Under the pieces are notes generated by a model that was not told the DNA's origin, did no database searches, and saw only the letters and a program-made list of their open reading frames with translations. A DNA stretch of 64,000 bases from Ranitomeya imitator (lineage: Eukaryota), in the NCBI RefSeq assembly GCF_032444005.1, contig NC_091288.1, forward strand, positions 8,804,001-8,868,000, in the 5' to 3' direction. This document shows positions 45,636 through 60,544 of this stretch, one piece after another (positions within the stretch are counted from its first letter, which is position 1; the number at the start of each line of letters is the position of its first letter). The translations under genes were made by a program, and so were the position numbers.

Positions 45636-47832
45636 CTTGATTTATAGTTGGAGGATCATACTGTGATGGGGTCACCATAGGGTCATTATACCATGAGTGT
45701 GGAGGTTACTGGGGGGGGGGGGAGGGGATACTTGTGTTTTCATCACAATATTATCTGTGTTATTCAAGGTTTTTTATCCTTTGTCATTACATATTTACAT
45801 TAGGCCATCTGCTTCTTACTGCTGTGGCATAACATACTATACTGTTCCAATATTTTATTCTAAGATCTATTAATATGCACTTTGTTCGTGGGACAAACAT
45901 TTTAAGTTTGTTTCCTTATGAGAAACTTCATATTTATATGTGATCAGGAAAAACCTCCTGAATTGTGGACATTCTTTAAATAAATATCAAGATTAAGAGC
46001 TTGGACTAAGTGGCGGCCAATTTCGGCCCCTGTGTATTTGTTATGTCCCTGCTGCAGATGGATCAGATCCTTCCGCTCGTCTCTGGATGTTACACAATCT
46101 GCAGCACAGGCGGCTCTTTACTTGCCAGCACAGGTCACCGCAGGGTGCGGCCGGACTTGTGATGACGTATTAAGGAGCGGTTGTGATAAAAAGGAGAACT
46201 TAAAAATGTGAAACTGACGGCATCTTGGCATGTTCACCTTATAACGAACAGCAGACTTAACCCTCTCAACCCTGAGCTGGTCTCCCCATCAATGCGGAAC
46301 ACCCTGCGGTCAGCGTCATCCCAAGGGCAAACTCACATGGGAGTCAGGATTGAAGTGTTTCACATAGATTAGTGAAAAATTGAGAAAGTTCTTACCCTGA
46401 AGTCTCTTAACTGTAGGATTGTTGGTTGTGGTCAAGTTAACAACGAACACACGCAGGTTTAGCTGCAATGTATCCAGTCCACAGCAGAATTCGCTCTCCG
46501 GTTCTGATAGTTTGTTACAATGTATCAGGCCGGGGTCAGAGGTGTGTAACTCACAGAAGATCGCATGGACTGAATAAAACGATAGCAAACCTTCATCTAG
46601 GAGGGTCTTTCCCCCCTGTATATAAATAACATTGTTCCCGTCCATTCCAAGCAGCGTTCTCTAAAATGGGGAATCAGAACACAACGTGCACTCGGTATTC
46701 CAAGATAATTCGGCTGGCAAATCAGAAAACCCATCTGCCAGCATTACACGCTCAGCTACATATTTTACAATGTATAGTTAGATCATTTTCCATCTACAGG
46801 TGAAGTTCTGGTACAATAGTATGGAGTAGAGCTGCCTGGATAGCAGACTGATACAATGTAACAAACTTTCAGGACAGGAGCAGGGTTTGTACTGATGTGT
46901 TTACCTCCCAGGATGTAACAAAAAAATGCTCCATGGTACTGACAACAAGCAGAGATCTTGTAAATGAGACACTAAAGCCGTTTATTAGTTATTTGCAGAA
47001 CTTCTATAGTAACTCTGCTTTATAAAAGTATCACAGGGGTGGGGAGAATAAAAACACAAAACATAGCAGATTTGTGTCAGCGTTACCCCAGGTCTTATCG
47101 TCGGGGGCTCGGATCCCGCAGGTAGTGAGCGGCGACATGGAAGCGATGATAAGTGGGGGAATGTGAGCAGAGTTGTCAGGTGGTGATGAGCGGCAGACTG
47201 GCAGGGGGAGGAAAGCGACAGCCACACTGACAGCCTGTCAATCACCGCCCCTGCCACAGGGCTCTCACTGAAGCTCTGTACATATGTTCAGAAATGCAGA
47301 GATCTTATACTCCAGTCCCTCCCAAAGCTGTCACCATTGCAATACTCCCTGGTTCAGGGTCAGGACGCACTTCTGGGCTGCGGAGAGTTCCACATTGGGC
47401 TCCAGTCTTGCAGAAAGCATCGTTTCTGTAAAGTGCTGATGGATTCTGGGTGACTGCCAGCAGAATGGAGAACGCAGCTTTGGGTGTGACTAGAGTACAA
47501 AACATGACGCAACTCAAAGTCAGCACAAAACATGTAAAGAGCAAGTGAAACTCCATGCTGCCGACTGCTGTACACCCCGTGGACCATGTTCTTCTCTGCA
47601 CACACACAAATCTGCAAATGATTTCAGGACACTTTGGGATTGAAGCTTGGAAGGCGCTAATATCGTCCCTTGTACCGATCACGTAATGGATCTGACTTTG
47701 TTGGAAAACCCTATGACAACCCTTCCAGACCCATCACATTCTAACAACTATCCATCTTCAAAGGCAAATCCCCCCGAATTATCAGTTCCCCTCTAGGACG
47801 CCCGCCTTGTGATTTGGGGTCACTTCTCTCAC

Positions 47833-48025
47833 CGTCCAGAATGGCCCACTGTCCGTCGATCTCCGTGTGCTTCAGGTAGGAGTCCTCTATGGTGGGGTCA
47901 TAGTCCGGCACAAATATCTTCTGGAAGAACTGGATGGTGAGCGCGCTCTTCCCCACGCCCCCGTCGCCCACCACCACCAGCTTGTAGGTGGGCAGGTTGT
48001 CGCTCAGGACAGCGCTGGTGGCCAT
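47833..48025 (-). CDS. MRAS: MRAS first coding exon ([64 protein letters not shown])
   Basis: Near-identical to the human M-Ras N-terminus. Acceptor ctctgcag with the exon starting at 48044, donor G|GTGAGA. Coding exons sum to 627 nt = 208 aa plus stop. Confidence 0.97.
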
Positions 48026-48421
48026 CTTGTCCTCAGTACGGTTCCTGCAGAGACCGAGACGATTAGTCACAGTGTTAGCAGCCGGATGCAGATGGCGGAA
48101 AGGGTTAAAGGAAAATTACACAACGCGACTACGAGAGACCAGCGAGAAACGGCACAAAGACGATGAGATCCGCGGCTCCTGGTGAAGGCCGGACCCTGCC
48201 CGATGGCCGATTACCGAGGCAATACCGTAGCATGAGGACACATTAATAATGTGAGGTTCTCACAGCGCAGCAACGGTGCCAAAAAACCGCCATCTGCCTG
48301 CGCCGTGTGAACACGTCCTATTTCTATTGTGGTCGAGATCTTTACAGAGTCAGGAAAACCTGCAAAAGAGAAAATTCATGGTGAAAAGTAAAGGATCGAC
48401 GGAGGTTCACAAATAAAGCAA

Positions 48422-51400
48422 AGTTATTGGATATCATATACCTCCCTATACCGCTATAAAGCTATTGGATATCATATGCCTCCTATACCGCTATAAAGCT
48501 ATTGGATATCATATGCCTCCTATACCGCTATAAAGCTATTGGATATCATATACCTCCCTATACCGCTATAAAGCTATTGGATATCATATGCCTCCTATAC
48601 CGCTATAAAGCTATTGGATATCATATGCCTCCTATACCGCTATAAAGCTATTGGATATCATATGCCTCCTATACCGCTATAAAGCAATTGGATATCATAT
48701 GCCTCCTATACCGCTATAAAGTTATTGGATATCATATGCCTCCTATACCGCTATAAAGTTATTGGATATCATATGCCTCCCTATACCGCTATAAAGTTAT
48801 TGGATATCATATGCCTCCTATACCGCTATAAAGTTATTGGATATCATATACCTCCCTATACCGCTATAAAGCTATTGGATATCATATGCCTCCTATACCG
48901 CTATAAAGCTATTGGATATCATATGCCTCCCTATACCGCTATAAAGCTATTAGATATCATATGCCTCCTATACCTCTATAAAGTTATTGGATATCATATG
49001 CCTCCCTATACCTCTATAAAGTTATTGGATATCATATGCCTCCTATACCGCTATAAAGCTATTGGATATCATATGCCTCCCTATACCGCTATAAAGCTAT
49101 TGGATATCATATGCCTCCCTATACCGCTATAAAGCTATTAGATATCATATGCCTCCTATACCTCTATAAAGTTATTGGATATCATATGCCTCCCTATACC
49201 GCTATAAAGTTATTGGATATCATATGCCTCCTATACCGCTATAAAGCTATTGGATATCATATACCTCCCTATACCGCTATAAAGCTATTGGATATCATAT
49301 GCCTCCCTATACCGCTATAAAGTTATTGGATATCATATGCCTCCTATACCGCTATAAAGCTATTGGATATCATATACCTCCTATACCGCTATAAAGCTAT
49401 TGGATATCATATGCCTCCCTATACCGCTATAAAGCTATTGGATATCATATACCTCCCTATACCGCTATAAAGCTATTGGATATCATATACCTCCCTATAC
49501 CGCTATAAAGCTATTGGATATCATATGCCTCCTATACCTCTATAAAGCTATTGGATATCATATGCCTCCTATACCGCTATAAAGCTATTGGATATCATAT
49601 GCCTCCTATACCGCTATAAGGTTATTGGATATCATATACCTCCCTATACCGCTATAAGGTTATTGGATATCATATGCCTCCTATACCGCTATAAAGCTAT
49701 TGGATATCATATGCCTCCCTATACCGCTATAAAGCTATTGGATATCATGCCTCCCTATACCACTATAAGGTTATTGGATATCATATGCCTCCTATACCGC
49801 TATAAAGCTATTGGATATCATGCCTCCCTATACCGCTATAAAGCTATTGGATATCATATGCCTCCTATACCGCTATAAAGCTATTAGATATCATATGCCT
49901 CCTATACCGCTATAAAGCTATTGGATATCATATACCTCCCTATACCGCTATAAGGTTATTGGATATCATATGCCTCCCTATACCGCTATAAAGTTATTGG
50001 ATATCATATGCCTCCTATACCGCTATAAGGTTATTGGATATCATATGCCTCCCTATAAAGCTATTGGATATCATATGCCTCCTATACCGCTATAAAGCTA
50101 TTGGATATCATATGCCTCCTATACCGCTATAAAGCTATTGGATATCATGCCTCCCTATACCGCTATAAGGTTATTGGATATCATATGCCTCCTATACCGC
50201 TATAAAGCTATTAGATATCATATGCCTCCTATACCGCTATAAAGCTATTGGATATCATATACCTCCCTATACCGCTATAAAGCTATTGGATATCATATGC
50301 CTCCCTATACCGCTATAAAGTTATTGGATATCATATGCCTCCTATACCGCTATAAAGTTATTGGATATCATATGCCTCCCTATACCGCTATAAGGTTATT
50401 GGATATCATATGCCTCCTATACCGCTATAAAGCTATTGGATATCATGCCTCCCTATACCGCTATAAGGTTATTGGATATCATATGCCTCCTATACCGCTA
50501 TAAAGCTATTAGATATCATATGCCTCCTATACCGCTATAAAGCTATTGGATATCATATACCTCCCTATACCGCTATAAAGCTATTGGATATCATATGCCT
50601 CCTATACCGCTATAAAGCTATTAGATATCATATGCCTCCTATACCGCTATAAAGCTATTGGATATCATATACCTCCCTATACCGCTATAAAGCTATTGGA
50701 TATCATATGCCTCCCTATACCGCTATAAAGTTATTGGATATCATATGCCTCCTATACCGCTATAAAGTTATTGGATATCATATGCCTCCTATACCGCTAT
50801 AAAGCTATTAGATATCATATGCCTCCTATACCGCTATAAAGCTATTGGATATCATATGCCTCCCTATACCGCTATAAAGTTATTGGATATCATATGCCTC
50901 CCTATACCGCTATAAAGTTATTGGATATCATATGCCTCCTATACCGCTATAAGGTTATTGGATATCATATGCCTCCCTATACCGCTATAAAGCTATTGGA
51001 TATCATATGCCTCCTATACCGCTATAAAGCTATTGGATATCATATACCTCCCTATACCGCTATAAAGCTATTGGATATCATATGCCTCCCTATACCGCTA
51101 TAAAGCTATTGGATATCATATGCCTCCTATACCGCTATAAAGCTATTGGATATCATATACCTCCTATACCGCTATAAAGCTATTGGATATCATATACCTC
51201 CTATACCGCTATAAAGCTATTGGATATCATATACCTCCTATACCGCTATAAAGCTATTGGATATCATATACCTCCCTATACCGCTATAAAGCTATTGGAT
51301 ATCATATGCCTCCTATACCGCTATAAAGCTATTGGATATCATATACCTCCTATACCGCTATAAAGCTATTGGATATCATATACCTCCCTATAACGCTATA

Positions 51401-54400
51401 AAGCTATTGGATATCATATGCCTCCCTATACCGCTATAAAGTTATTGGATATCATATGCCTCCTATACCGCTATAAAGCTATTGGATATCATATACCTCC
51501 CTATACCGCTATAAAGCTATTGGATATCATATGCCTCCTATACCGCTATAAAGCTATTGGATATCATATACCTCCTATACCGCTATAAAGCTATTGGATA
51601 TCATATACCTCCCTATAACGCTATAAAGCTATTGGATATCATATGCCTCCCTATACCGCTATAAAGTTATTGGATATCATATGCCTCCTATACCGCTATA
51701 AAGCTATTGGATATCATATACCTCCTATACCGCTATAAAGCTATTGGATATCATATACCTCCTATACCGCTATAAAGCTATTGGATATCATATACCTCCT
51801 ATACCGCTATAAAGCTATTGGATATCATATACCTCCCTATACCGCTATAAAGCTATTGGATATCATATGCCTCCTATACCGCTATAAAGCTATTGGATAT
51901 CATATGCCTCCTATACCGCTATAAAGTTATTGGATATCATGCCTCCCTATACCGCTATAAAGCTATTGGATATCATATGCCTCCTATACCGCTATAAAGT
52001 TATTGGATATCATATGCCTCCCTATACCGCTATAAAGCTATTGGATATCATATACCTCCTATACCGCTATAAAGTTATTGGATATCATATGCCTCCCTAT
52101 ACCGCTATAAAGCTATTGGATATCATATGCCTCCTATACCGCTATAAAGCTATTAGATATCATATGCCTCCCTATACCGCTATAAAGCTATTGGATATCA
52201 TATACCTCCTATACCGCTATAAAGTTATTGGATATCATATACCTCCCTATACTGCTATAAAGCTATTGGATATCATATGCCTCCTATACCGCTATAAAGT
52301 TATTGGATATCATATGCCTCCCTATACCGCTATAAAGCTATTGGATATCATATGCCTCCTATACCGCTATAAAGTTATTGGATATCATATGCCTCCCTAT
52401 ACTGCTATAAAGCTATTGGATATCATATGCCTCCTATACCGCTATAAAGTTATTGGATATCATATGCCTCCCTATACCGCTATAAAGCTATTGGATATCA
52501 TATACCTCCCTATACCGCTATAAAGCTATTGGATATCATATGCCTCCCTATACCGCTATAAAGCTATTGGATATCATATGCCTCCTATACCTCTATAAAG
52601 TTATTGGATATCATATGCCTCCTATACCGCTATAAAGCTATTGGATATCATATGCCTCCTATACCGCTATAAGGTTATTGGATATCATATGCCTCCTATA
52701 CCGCTATAAAGCTATTGGATATCATATGCCTCCCTATACCGCTATAAAGCTATTAGATATCATATGCCTCCTATACCTCTATAAAGTTATTGGATATATG
52801 CCTCCTATACCGCTATAAAGCTATTGGATATCATATGCCTCCTATACCGCTATAAAGCTATTGGATATCATATGCCTCCTATACCGCTATAAAGCTATTG
52901 GATATCATATGCCACCCTATACCGCTATAAAGCTATTGGATATCATATGCCTCCCTATACCGCTATAAGGTTATTGGATATCATATGCCTCCTATACCGC
53001 TATAAAGCTATTGGATATCATATACCTCCCTATACCGCTATAAAGCTATTGGATATCATATGCCTCCTATACCGCTATAAAGCTATTGGATATCATATGC
53101 CACCCTATACCGCTATAAAGCTATTGGATATCATGCCTCCCTATACCGCTATAAGGTTATTGGATATCATATGCCTCCTATACCGCTATAAAGCTATTGG
53201 ATATCATATGCCTCCTATACCGCTATAAAGCTATTGGATATCATATGCCTCCTATACCGCTATAAAGCTATTGGATATCATATGCCTCCCTATACCGCTA
53301 TAAGGTTATTGGATATCATATGCCTCCTATACCGCTATAAAGCTATTGGATATCATATACCTCCCTATACCGCTATAAAGCTATTGGATATCATATGCCT
53401 CCCTATACCGCTATAAAGTTATTGGATATCATATGCCTCCTATACCGCTATAAAGCTATTGGATATCATATACCTCCTATACCTCTATAAAGTTATTGGA
53501 TATCATATACCTCCTATACCGCTATAAAGCTATTGGATATCATATACCTCCCTATACCGCTATAAAGCTATTGGATATCATATGCCTCCTATACCGCTAT
53601 AAAGTTATTGGATATCATATGCCTCCTATACCGCTATAAGGTTATTGGATATCATATGCCTCCTATACCGCTATAAAGCTATTGGATATCATATACCTCC
53701 CTATACCGCTATAAAGCTATTGGATATCATATGCCTCCCTATACCGCTATAAGGTTATTGGATATCATATGCCTCCTATACCGCTATAAAGCTATTGGAT
53801 ATCATATACCTCCCTATACCGCTATAAAGCTATTGGATATCATATGCCTCCCTATACCGCTATAAAGCTATTGGATATCATATGCCTCCTATACCGCTAT
53901 AAAGCTATTGGATATCATATACCTCCTATACCTCTATAAAGTTATTGGATATCATATACCTCCTATACCGCTATAAAGCTATTGGATATCATATACCTCC
54001 CTATACCGCTATAAAGCTATTGGATATCATATGCCTCCTATACCGCTATAAAGCTATTGGATATCATATACCTCCTATACCGCTATAAAGCTATTAGATA
54101 TCATATGCCTCCTATACCGCTATAAAGTTATTGGATATCATATGCCTCCTATACCGCTATAAAGCTATTGGATATCATGCCTCCCTATACCGCTATAAAG
54201 CTATTGGATATCATATACCTCCCTATACCGCTATAAAGCTATTGGATATCATATACCTCCTATACCGCTATAAAGCTATTGGATATCATATACCTCCCTA
54301 TACCGCTATAAAGCTATTGGATATCATATGCCTCCTATACCGCTATAAAGCTATTGGATATCATATACCTCCTATACCGCTATAAAGTTATTGGATATCA

Positions 54401-54647
54401 TATGCCTCCTATACCGCTATAAGGTTATTGGATATCATATGCCTCCCTATAAAGCTATAAAGCTATTAGATATCATATGCCTCCTATACCGCTATAAGGT
54501 TATTGGATATCATATGCCTCCTATACCGCTATAAAGTTATTGGATATCATATGCCTCCTATACCGCTATAAAGCTATTGGATATCATGCGCCTCCCTATA
54601 CCGCTATAAAGCTATTGGATATCATGCGCCTCCCTATACCGCTATAA
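48422..54647. repeat. Minisatellite, 37/38-bp unit (ggatatcatatgcctcc(c)tataccgctataaagctatt), ~165 copies, in the MRAS 5' intron
   Basis: Read directly. Confidence 0.97.
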
Positions 54648-55164
54648 CCTAGAGACAGGAGAATGGAGGGTCCGCGCCACAATCACCATCTGGAGAGACC
54701 ACCAATCCCCTAGTGGTCCTCACAGTAAGTTCTGCTTCCCTGCAGCGCCCCCACAGGCATAATGAGGCATTACACCATGCTCAGTCACATCAATGCTTGT
54801 CTGGGTAAAGCAGGAAAGGAAAAGTCCTCCAGAGAAAAATCAGCGTCGTCCTCATTCTCCACTCAATGCTGGAACCCATCAATTAACTCAGAAATCCTAA
54901 AAGGAAATTGTCCCCAATTCTAGAACTTCTGATATCTGGGAGTGCGGACACCCGAAACTCTCAGGAATCCCAAGAGCTCAGCAGAGCGGAGGAACCGTAC
55001 GAATGCTCGACCTCCGCTCCTTCCCTGACCATAAGTGCTGGAGAAAGCCGAGTACAGCGTCCCATGGTGGAGGATACACAGCACCGCTCCATCCATTGTC
55101 TATGGGACCAATGGAGATCGCAGAGAGCTGCACTTGGCTTTCTCCAGCCATCCCATAGACAGAT

Positions 55165-55395
55165 GCCCAAACCTCTGATATCCTGGGATAACCGGACCCA
55201 TCGCCCCACAGCCTGGCCGACCTCCCAGTCACCAGGTGCCCAAACCTCTGATATCATAGGATGACCGGACCCATCGCCCTACAGCCTGGCCGACCTCCCA
55301 GTCACCAGGTGCCCAAACCTCTGATACCATAGGATGAGAGGAACCAGACCCATCACCCCACAGCCTGCCCGACCTCCCAGTCACCAGGTGCCCAT
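55165..55395. repeat. Three ~73-bp tandem copies (ggacccatcgccccacagcctggccgacctcccagtcaccaggtgcccaaacctctgata...)
   Basis: Copies start at ~55194, 55267 and ~55346. Confidence 0.85.
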
Positions 55396-55914
55396 AGGCT
55401 AATGCTCCATCTATGAGCGAGCCGCGCCGAATTCCACAAGGACCATCAGAAATTCTTCAGACGCTCATTCCCAGAGAAGCAATTCTTGTATCTGTGGCAA
55501 CGTGTGATGTCTAAATGGCTTAATCCCATTACACCCCCTCTACAGAGGGAAAATCACAGCTGCAGAATCTCCGAGATCTGAACATCTCACCCCAGAAAGA
55601 TAAGAATATTCTGATACAAGATCGACGAGACCCCCGAGGTGAAGAAACGCCACGGCCCCCCATGTGTCATATCATAATCCCTCACAGAAGTCACAAGTTC
55701 TACTCTTGTCTCTAGAATATCAGAATGAACAATTAGGAAAACACCTGATCAACAAGATGGAAGATGACGCATCTCAGAGAAAGGTGAAGCTGCAAAACCT
55801 GTGGTCAATCCGATAGAATACAGGAGCAGTAACGAGCCGATACTACGAGAGCGGGAAACGCCCAAGTCACAGGTCAGACATCCCTGTACCAAGACAATGC
55901 AGGAAACTGCAACA

Positions 55915-57053
55915 GTATTATAGTAGTTATATTATTGTACATAGAGGGCAGTATTATAGTAGTTATATTCTTGTACATAGGGGGCAGTATTATAGTAGTT
56001 ATATTATTGTACATAGGAGCAGTATTATAGTAGTTATATTATACATAGAGGGCAGTATTATAGTAGTTATATTCCTGTACATAGGGGGCAGTATTATAGT
56101 AGTTATATTCCTGTACATAGGGGGCAGTATTATAGTAGTTATATTCCTGTACATAGGGGGCAGTATTATAGTAGTTATATTCCTGTACATAGGTGGCAGT
56201 ATTATAGTAGTTATATTCCTGTACATAGGGGGCAGTATTATAGTAGTTATATTCTTGTACATAGGAGCAGTATTATAGTAGTTATATTCCTGTACATAGG
56301 GGGCAGTATTATAGTAGTTATATTCTTGTACATAGGGGGCAGTATTATAGTAGTTATATTCTTGTATATAGGGGCAGTATTATAGTAGTTATATTCTTGT
56401 ACATAGGAGCAGTATTATAGTAGTTATATTCTTGTACATAGGAGCAGTATTATAGTAGATATATTCTTGTACATAGGGGGCAGTATTATAGTAGTTATAT
56501 TCTTGTACATAGGGGCAGTATTATAGTAGTTATATTCTTGTACATAGGGGCAGTATTATAGTAGTTATATTCTTGTACATAGGAGCAGTATTACAGTAGT
56601 TATATTCTTGTACATAGGGGCAGTATTATAGTAGTTATATTCTTGTACATAGGAGCAGTATTACAGTAGTTATATTCTTGTACATAGGGGCAGTATTATA
56701 GTAGTTATATTCTTGTACATAGGAGCAGTATTACAGTAGTTATATTCTTGTACATAGGGGCAGTATTATAGTAGTTATATTCTTGTACATAGGAGCAGTA
56801 TTACAGTAGTTATATTCTTGTACATAGGGGCAGTATTATAGTAGTTATATTCTTGTACATAGGAGCAGTATTACAGTAGTTATATTCTTGTACATAGGGG
56901 CAGTATTATAGTAGTTATATTCTTGTACATAGGAGCAGTATTACAGTAGTTATATTCTTGTACATAGGGGCAGTATTATAGTAGTTATATTCTTGTACAT
57001 AGGAGCAGTATTACAGTAGTTATATTCTTGTACATAGGGGCAGTATTATAGTA
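55915..57053 (-). repeat. 35-bp minisatellite in the opposite orientation to 34996-37316
   Basis: aggggcagtattatagtagttatattcttgtacat is the reverse complement of that unit. Confidence 0.96.
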
Positions 57054-57619
57054 CTAAAGTGGCCTCTGACAGTTTTCTGGAGAATATGCTGTACGAATCA
57101 CAGGGTACACGTTATGATGTTTAACACCAGGTATTGTTGATAATGCTCCTGCATTTTCCTACTGTATGGATCGGTGTCTCCTTCCCGTTACTTTCTTTGC
57201 TTGCAGGCTCCGCTCTCTGTATTGGAGTGGTACTTTATGCCGCTCAGCAGCTGTCAGCATGAAATGGCCTAATTCACTTCCGAATCACGATCTAAGAATG
57301 AAATAGCTAAAAAGCCGAAAGTGTGAGTGAAAGATGCTGAAGGATCAGCCGGGGGAAGGAGGAAGAAAAATAAAAAGTATGAATTGTTAATGAACCGTTT
57401 ACACCACCTCCTCCATCCATTAACCACTGACACTGCTGATAGGGTTTCACGCCAATAATTCATATTAATGTTACTGGAGATGGACCACAACTGACAGATA
57501 CCACAACCAGTTCTACTCCATATTCTATGCCTCATAACACAGACTGGAATACCAAAGTGTCTGTGAAAGGTGGGTCCAATCTAGGGGGAAAGGGTAAGGG
57601 GGTGTGTAACCAACACTGC

Positions 57620-58272
57620 TGTATTATCCTCCAGAGCTGCACTCACTATTCTGCTGGTGCAGTCACTGTGCACATACATTACATTACTGATCCTGAGTTA
57701 CATCCTGTATTATACCCCAGAGCTGCACTCACGATTCTGCTGGTGCAGTCACTGTGTACATACATTACATTACTGATCCTGAGTTACCTCCTGTATTATA
57801 CTCCAGAGCTGCACTCACTATTCTGCTGGTGGAGTCACTGTGTACGTACATTACATTACTGATCCTGAGTTACATCCTGTATTACACTCCAGAGCTGCAC
57901 TCACGATTCTGTGTACATTACATTACTGATCCTGTATTATACTCCAGAGCTGCACTCACTATTCTGCTGGTGCAGTCACTGTGTACATACATTACATTAC
58001 TGATCCTGAGTTACATCCTTTATTATACTCCAGAGCTGCACTCACTATTCTGCTGGTGCAGTCACTGTGTACATACATTACATTACTGATCCTGAGTTAC
58101 ATCCTGTATTATACTCCAGAGCTGCACTCACGATTCTGCTGGTGCAGTCACTGTGTACATACATTACATTACTGATCCTGAGTTACATCCTGTATTACAC
58201 TCCAGAGCTGCACTCACGATTCTGCTGGTGCAGTCACTGTGTACATTACATTACTGATCCTGTATTATATTC
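57620..58272. repeat. Tandem repeat, 86-bp unit (cctgtattatactccagagctgcactcactattctgctggtgcagtcactgtgtacatacattacattactgatcctgagttacat), ~7-8 copies
   Basis: Period 86 (58103 to 58189), with internal deletion variants. Confidence 0.93.
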
Positions 58273-59124
58273 CAGAACGCCTTTAAATTGTTAATGACAT
58301 CTGTCCTCAAACTTGATAACCAGCAGAATGGTGACTGCAGCTCTGGAGCACAATGCAGGATCATGTTAAGTGATGTATTGAACAGAAGTCATCCGCTCAA
58401 TGAGGGTCTCCATCACTATATTATGCTGCTCTCAGATGGGGGAGACAAATATATGGTGAAATGTAACGGGGGACACAGATTTATAAGATTCTTCCGTGGG
58501 ATTTATAGCACTGGGTGCGTTTTTAGTGAGGGTGAATCTCGCACTCGTTATTTTTGCCCCTCTCCCTCCTTAGATCCCAGTCTCGCCCTCGGTTCTCGCA
58601 GATATTCGGCCCAGATCTGATCGCTTCTTTCCAGCCGCCCGAGATCCTTTCAACAATCAACTGGCACAAATGTTAATTAGATCTCAGGGAGCTGGATGTT
58701 CTGATGGATCGTGAAGAGAATGGCGCTAATTGCTGTCTGCCAGCGAGATGCGGAACGTTAACCCTCTCCTGGCCTGTAGAGGAGGCCTCATGGCAGCACC
58801 GCCTCGGAACCAGCTGGCGACATTTGCTCAGTGTTCTTCATGGGAACCAATGTATCACGCTGCAGCCATCACAGCGCAGGTCGTTACATCTTCAGATAAC
58901 TCGTCTTACATTGCATCACGTTTGCTCCAGTCACATCCAGAGCTGCTGCACAATTTACATGTATATGTATTTGCTTGATCACTGGGCGGAGGGTGCTCAG
59001 CGGTGGGACAGGTCATTTCTCTTGTGACTACAGATCTAGAAGGGACTAGAGGATGCGACTTTTTACACTCCGTCCACCTAATATCATATACAGACCTTAC
59101 ATCATTTTTAAAAGGCACATTTAA

Positions 59125-59470
59125 AGGGAATCAGCCACTCTGTCTCTGCTGTTGTGAGCAGCAGGATGTAGGGGCAGAGACCCTGATGTCATCATTGTGT
59201 CACTTACTGGGCTCCTTGCTGCAGTTTGCATAAATCCTTGTGTTCTCCCGCTGCAGATCTAGCAAATTATTGAATGCTGAGTGGTGTATAACCCCACCCC
59301 CACCTCTGACAGCTCTTGTACACAGTGCATAGGCAGAAAGCAGCCAATCAGTGTTAAGGAAGGGGTTATACAGAGGTCATAAAATCAAACTGCAGCAAGC
59401 AGCCCAGTAAGTCATACATCGCTGGAATCAGGGTCTCAGTCTCTACATTATGCTGCTCTGAGATGTTAGG
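59125..59470. mobile_element. Degenerate TTAA-AGGG (T2/Kolobok-like) MITE fragment
   Basis: Begins TTAA|AGGGAATC. Shares attatgctgctct(c/g)agatg with 58420-58440. Confidence 0.35.
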
Positions 59471-60544
59471 GGGCACAGCCGGCGAGGGGGGGCAGCACGC
59501 TGTTCAGCCGCCTGGCGGTCCTACCTGGACTCTCTGCTGGATTTGCATTTGTGGTTTATGTACACTGGACATTTCATGTGTGGACGCAGAAGAGTTAACA
59601 GTGTAAGAGGTTATTACCGGGTGGGCAACGTATTCCCCATCCGCAGGATTGATAGCCTGCAGTTCCTGGGGGAGAGACTGCCGGGACCCCCACTGATCAT
59701 GGGAACAGATCTCTGACATGCACTGCTACAATGGAGCGGTGGTCGCACACATGCGCCAAATCTATAGGGCTGGGCTGCATGTGGGGGTCCCAGTAATCGG
59801 ACCCCCAGGAATCAACAATTTATTGCCTATCCGGAGGCCATGTGCTCACTTGCCTCTTTGCAATAACCCTTTCAGGATGAGTTCTGCCAAGTAGATTGTC
59901 TATTCTAGTGGTCTCCAACCTAGGGCCTTCCAGCTGTGGAGAAACTACAACCCCCAGCATGCTCTGAGATCTTGAATGGCCGAGTTACCCAATAAGACTT
60001 TGGGCGACGACCAAAAAACAAATGATCATTAGGATCTTCCTGTGTCAGTCTTTACTGTTGTATAAGAATTCTAGTCGGGAACCAGGAGGCCCAGGATGAG
60101 CAGAATCCACCACACAGAACAGTTGTGCAGAGCTTGGACTCCTGTTCATAGAAACGGGACTATGAAAACATCACATAAACCAGAGATTTCTATGTAAGGA
60201 ATGGCGAGGATGTGCCGGCAGCGCCAACGGTCAGCTCCCCGCCCAGCACTGGGCTCCGGCCTAAAAGGGACTAATTATAGCGGCTCCCTAATAAAAAGAT
60301 GGAAGGTATTCACTAAAAATAATGGCGTCTGCTGAGCGCAGGACAAAGCAGGTGATAAATATGGCAAGCGGTTATAGGACCCTAAACACTATAATCGGCC
60401 ATCCGCAAATCATGGCAGCCACCGACAGCTCCGTGTCCTTATACCGGGGGCTGCGGGGTTAATATAAAACTGGCCACACAACAGGAAGAAAACTACAGAA
60501 CGATCAGAAGGCAGCGGCAAGGGCAAAAGTACGGTATACTGTAC

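Noticed and set aside
46316-46645. 109-aa intronic ORF in MRAS
   Set aside because: No recognisable motif, and no splice sites that fit.
54908-55264. Overlapping 84-118 aa ORFs and a possible MRAS 5' exon
   Set aside because: Partly tandem repeat and no homology recognised. I could not locate the MRAS non-coding first exon or a clear CpG-island promoter in 48045-64000; it may lie beyond the window.
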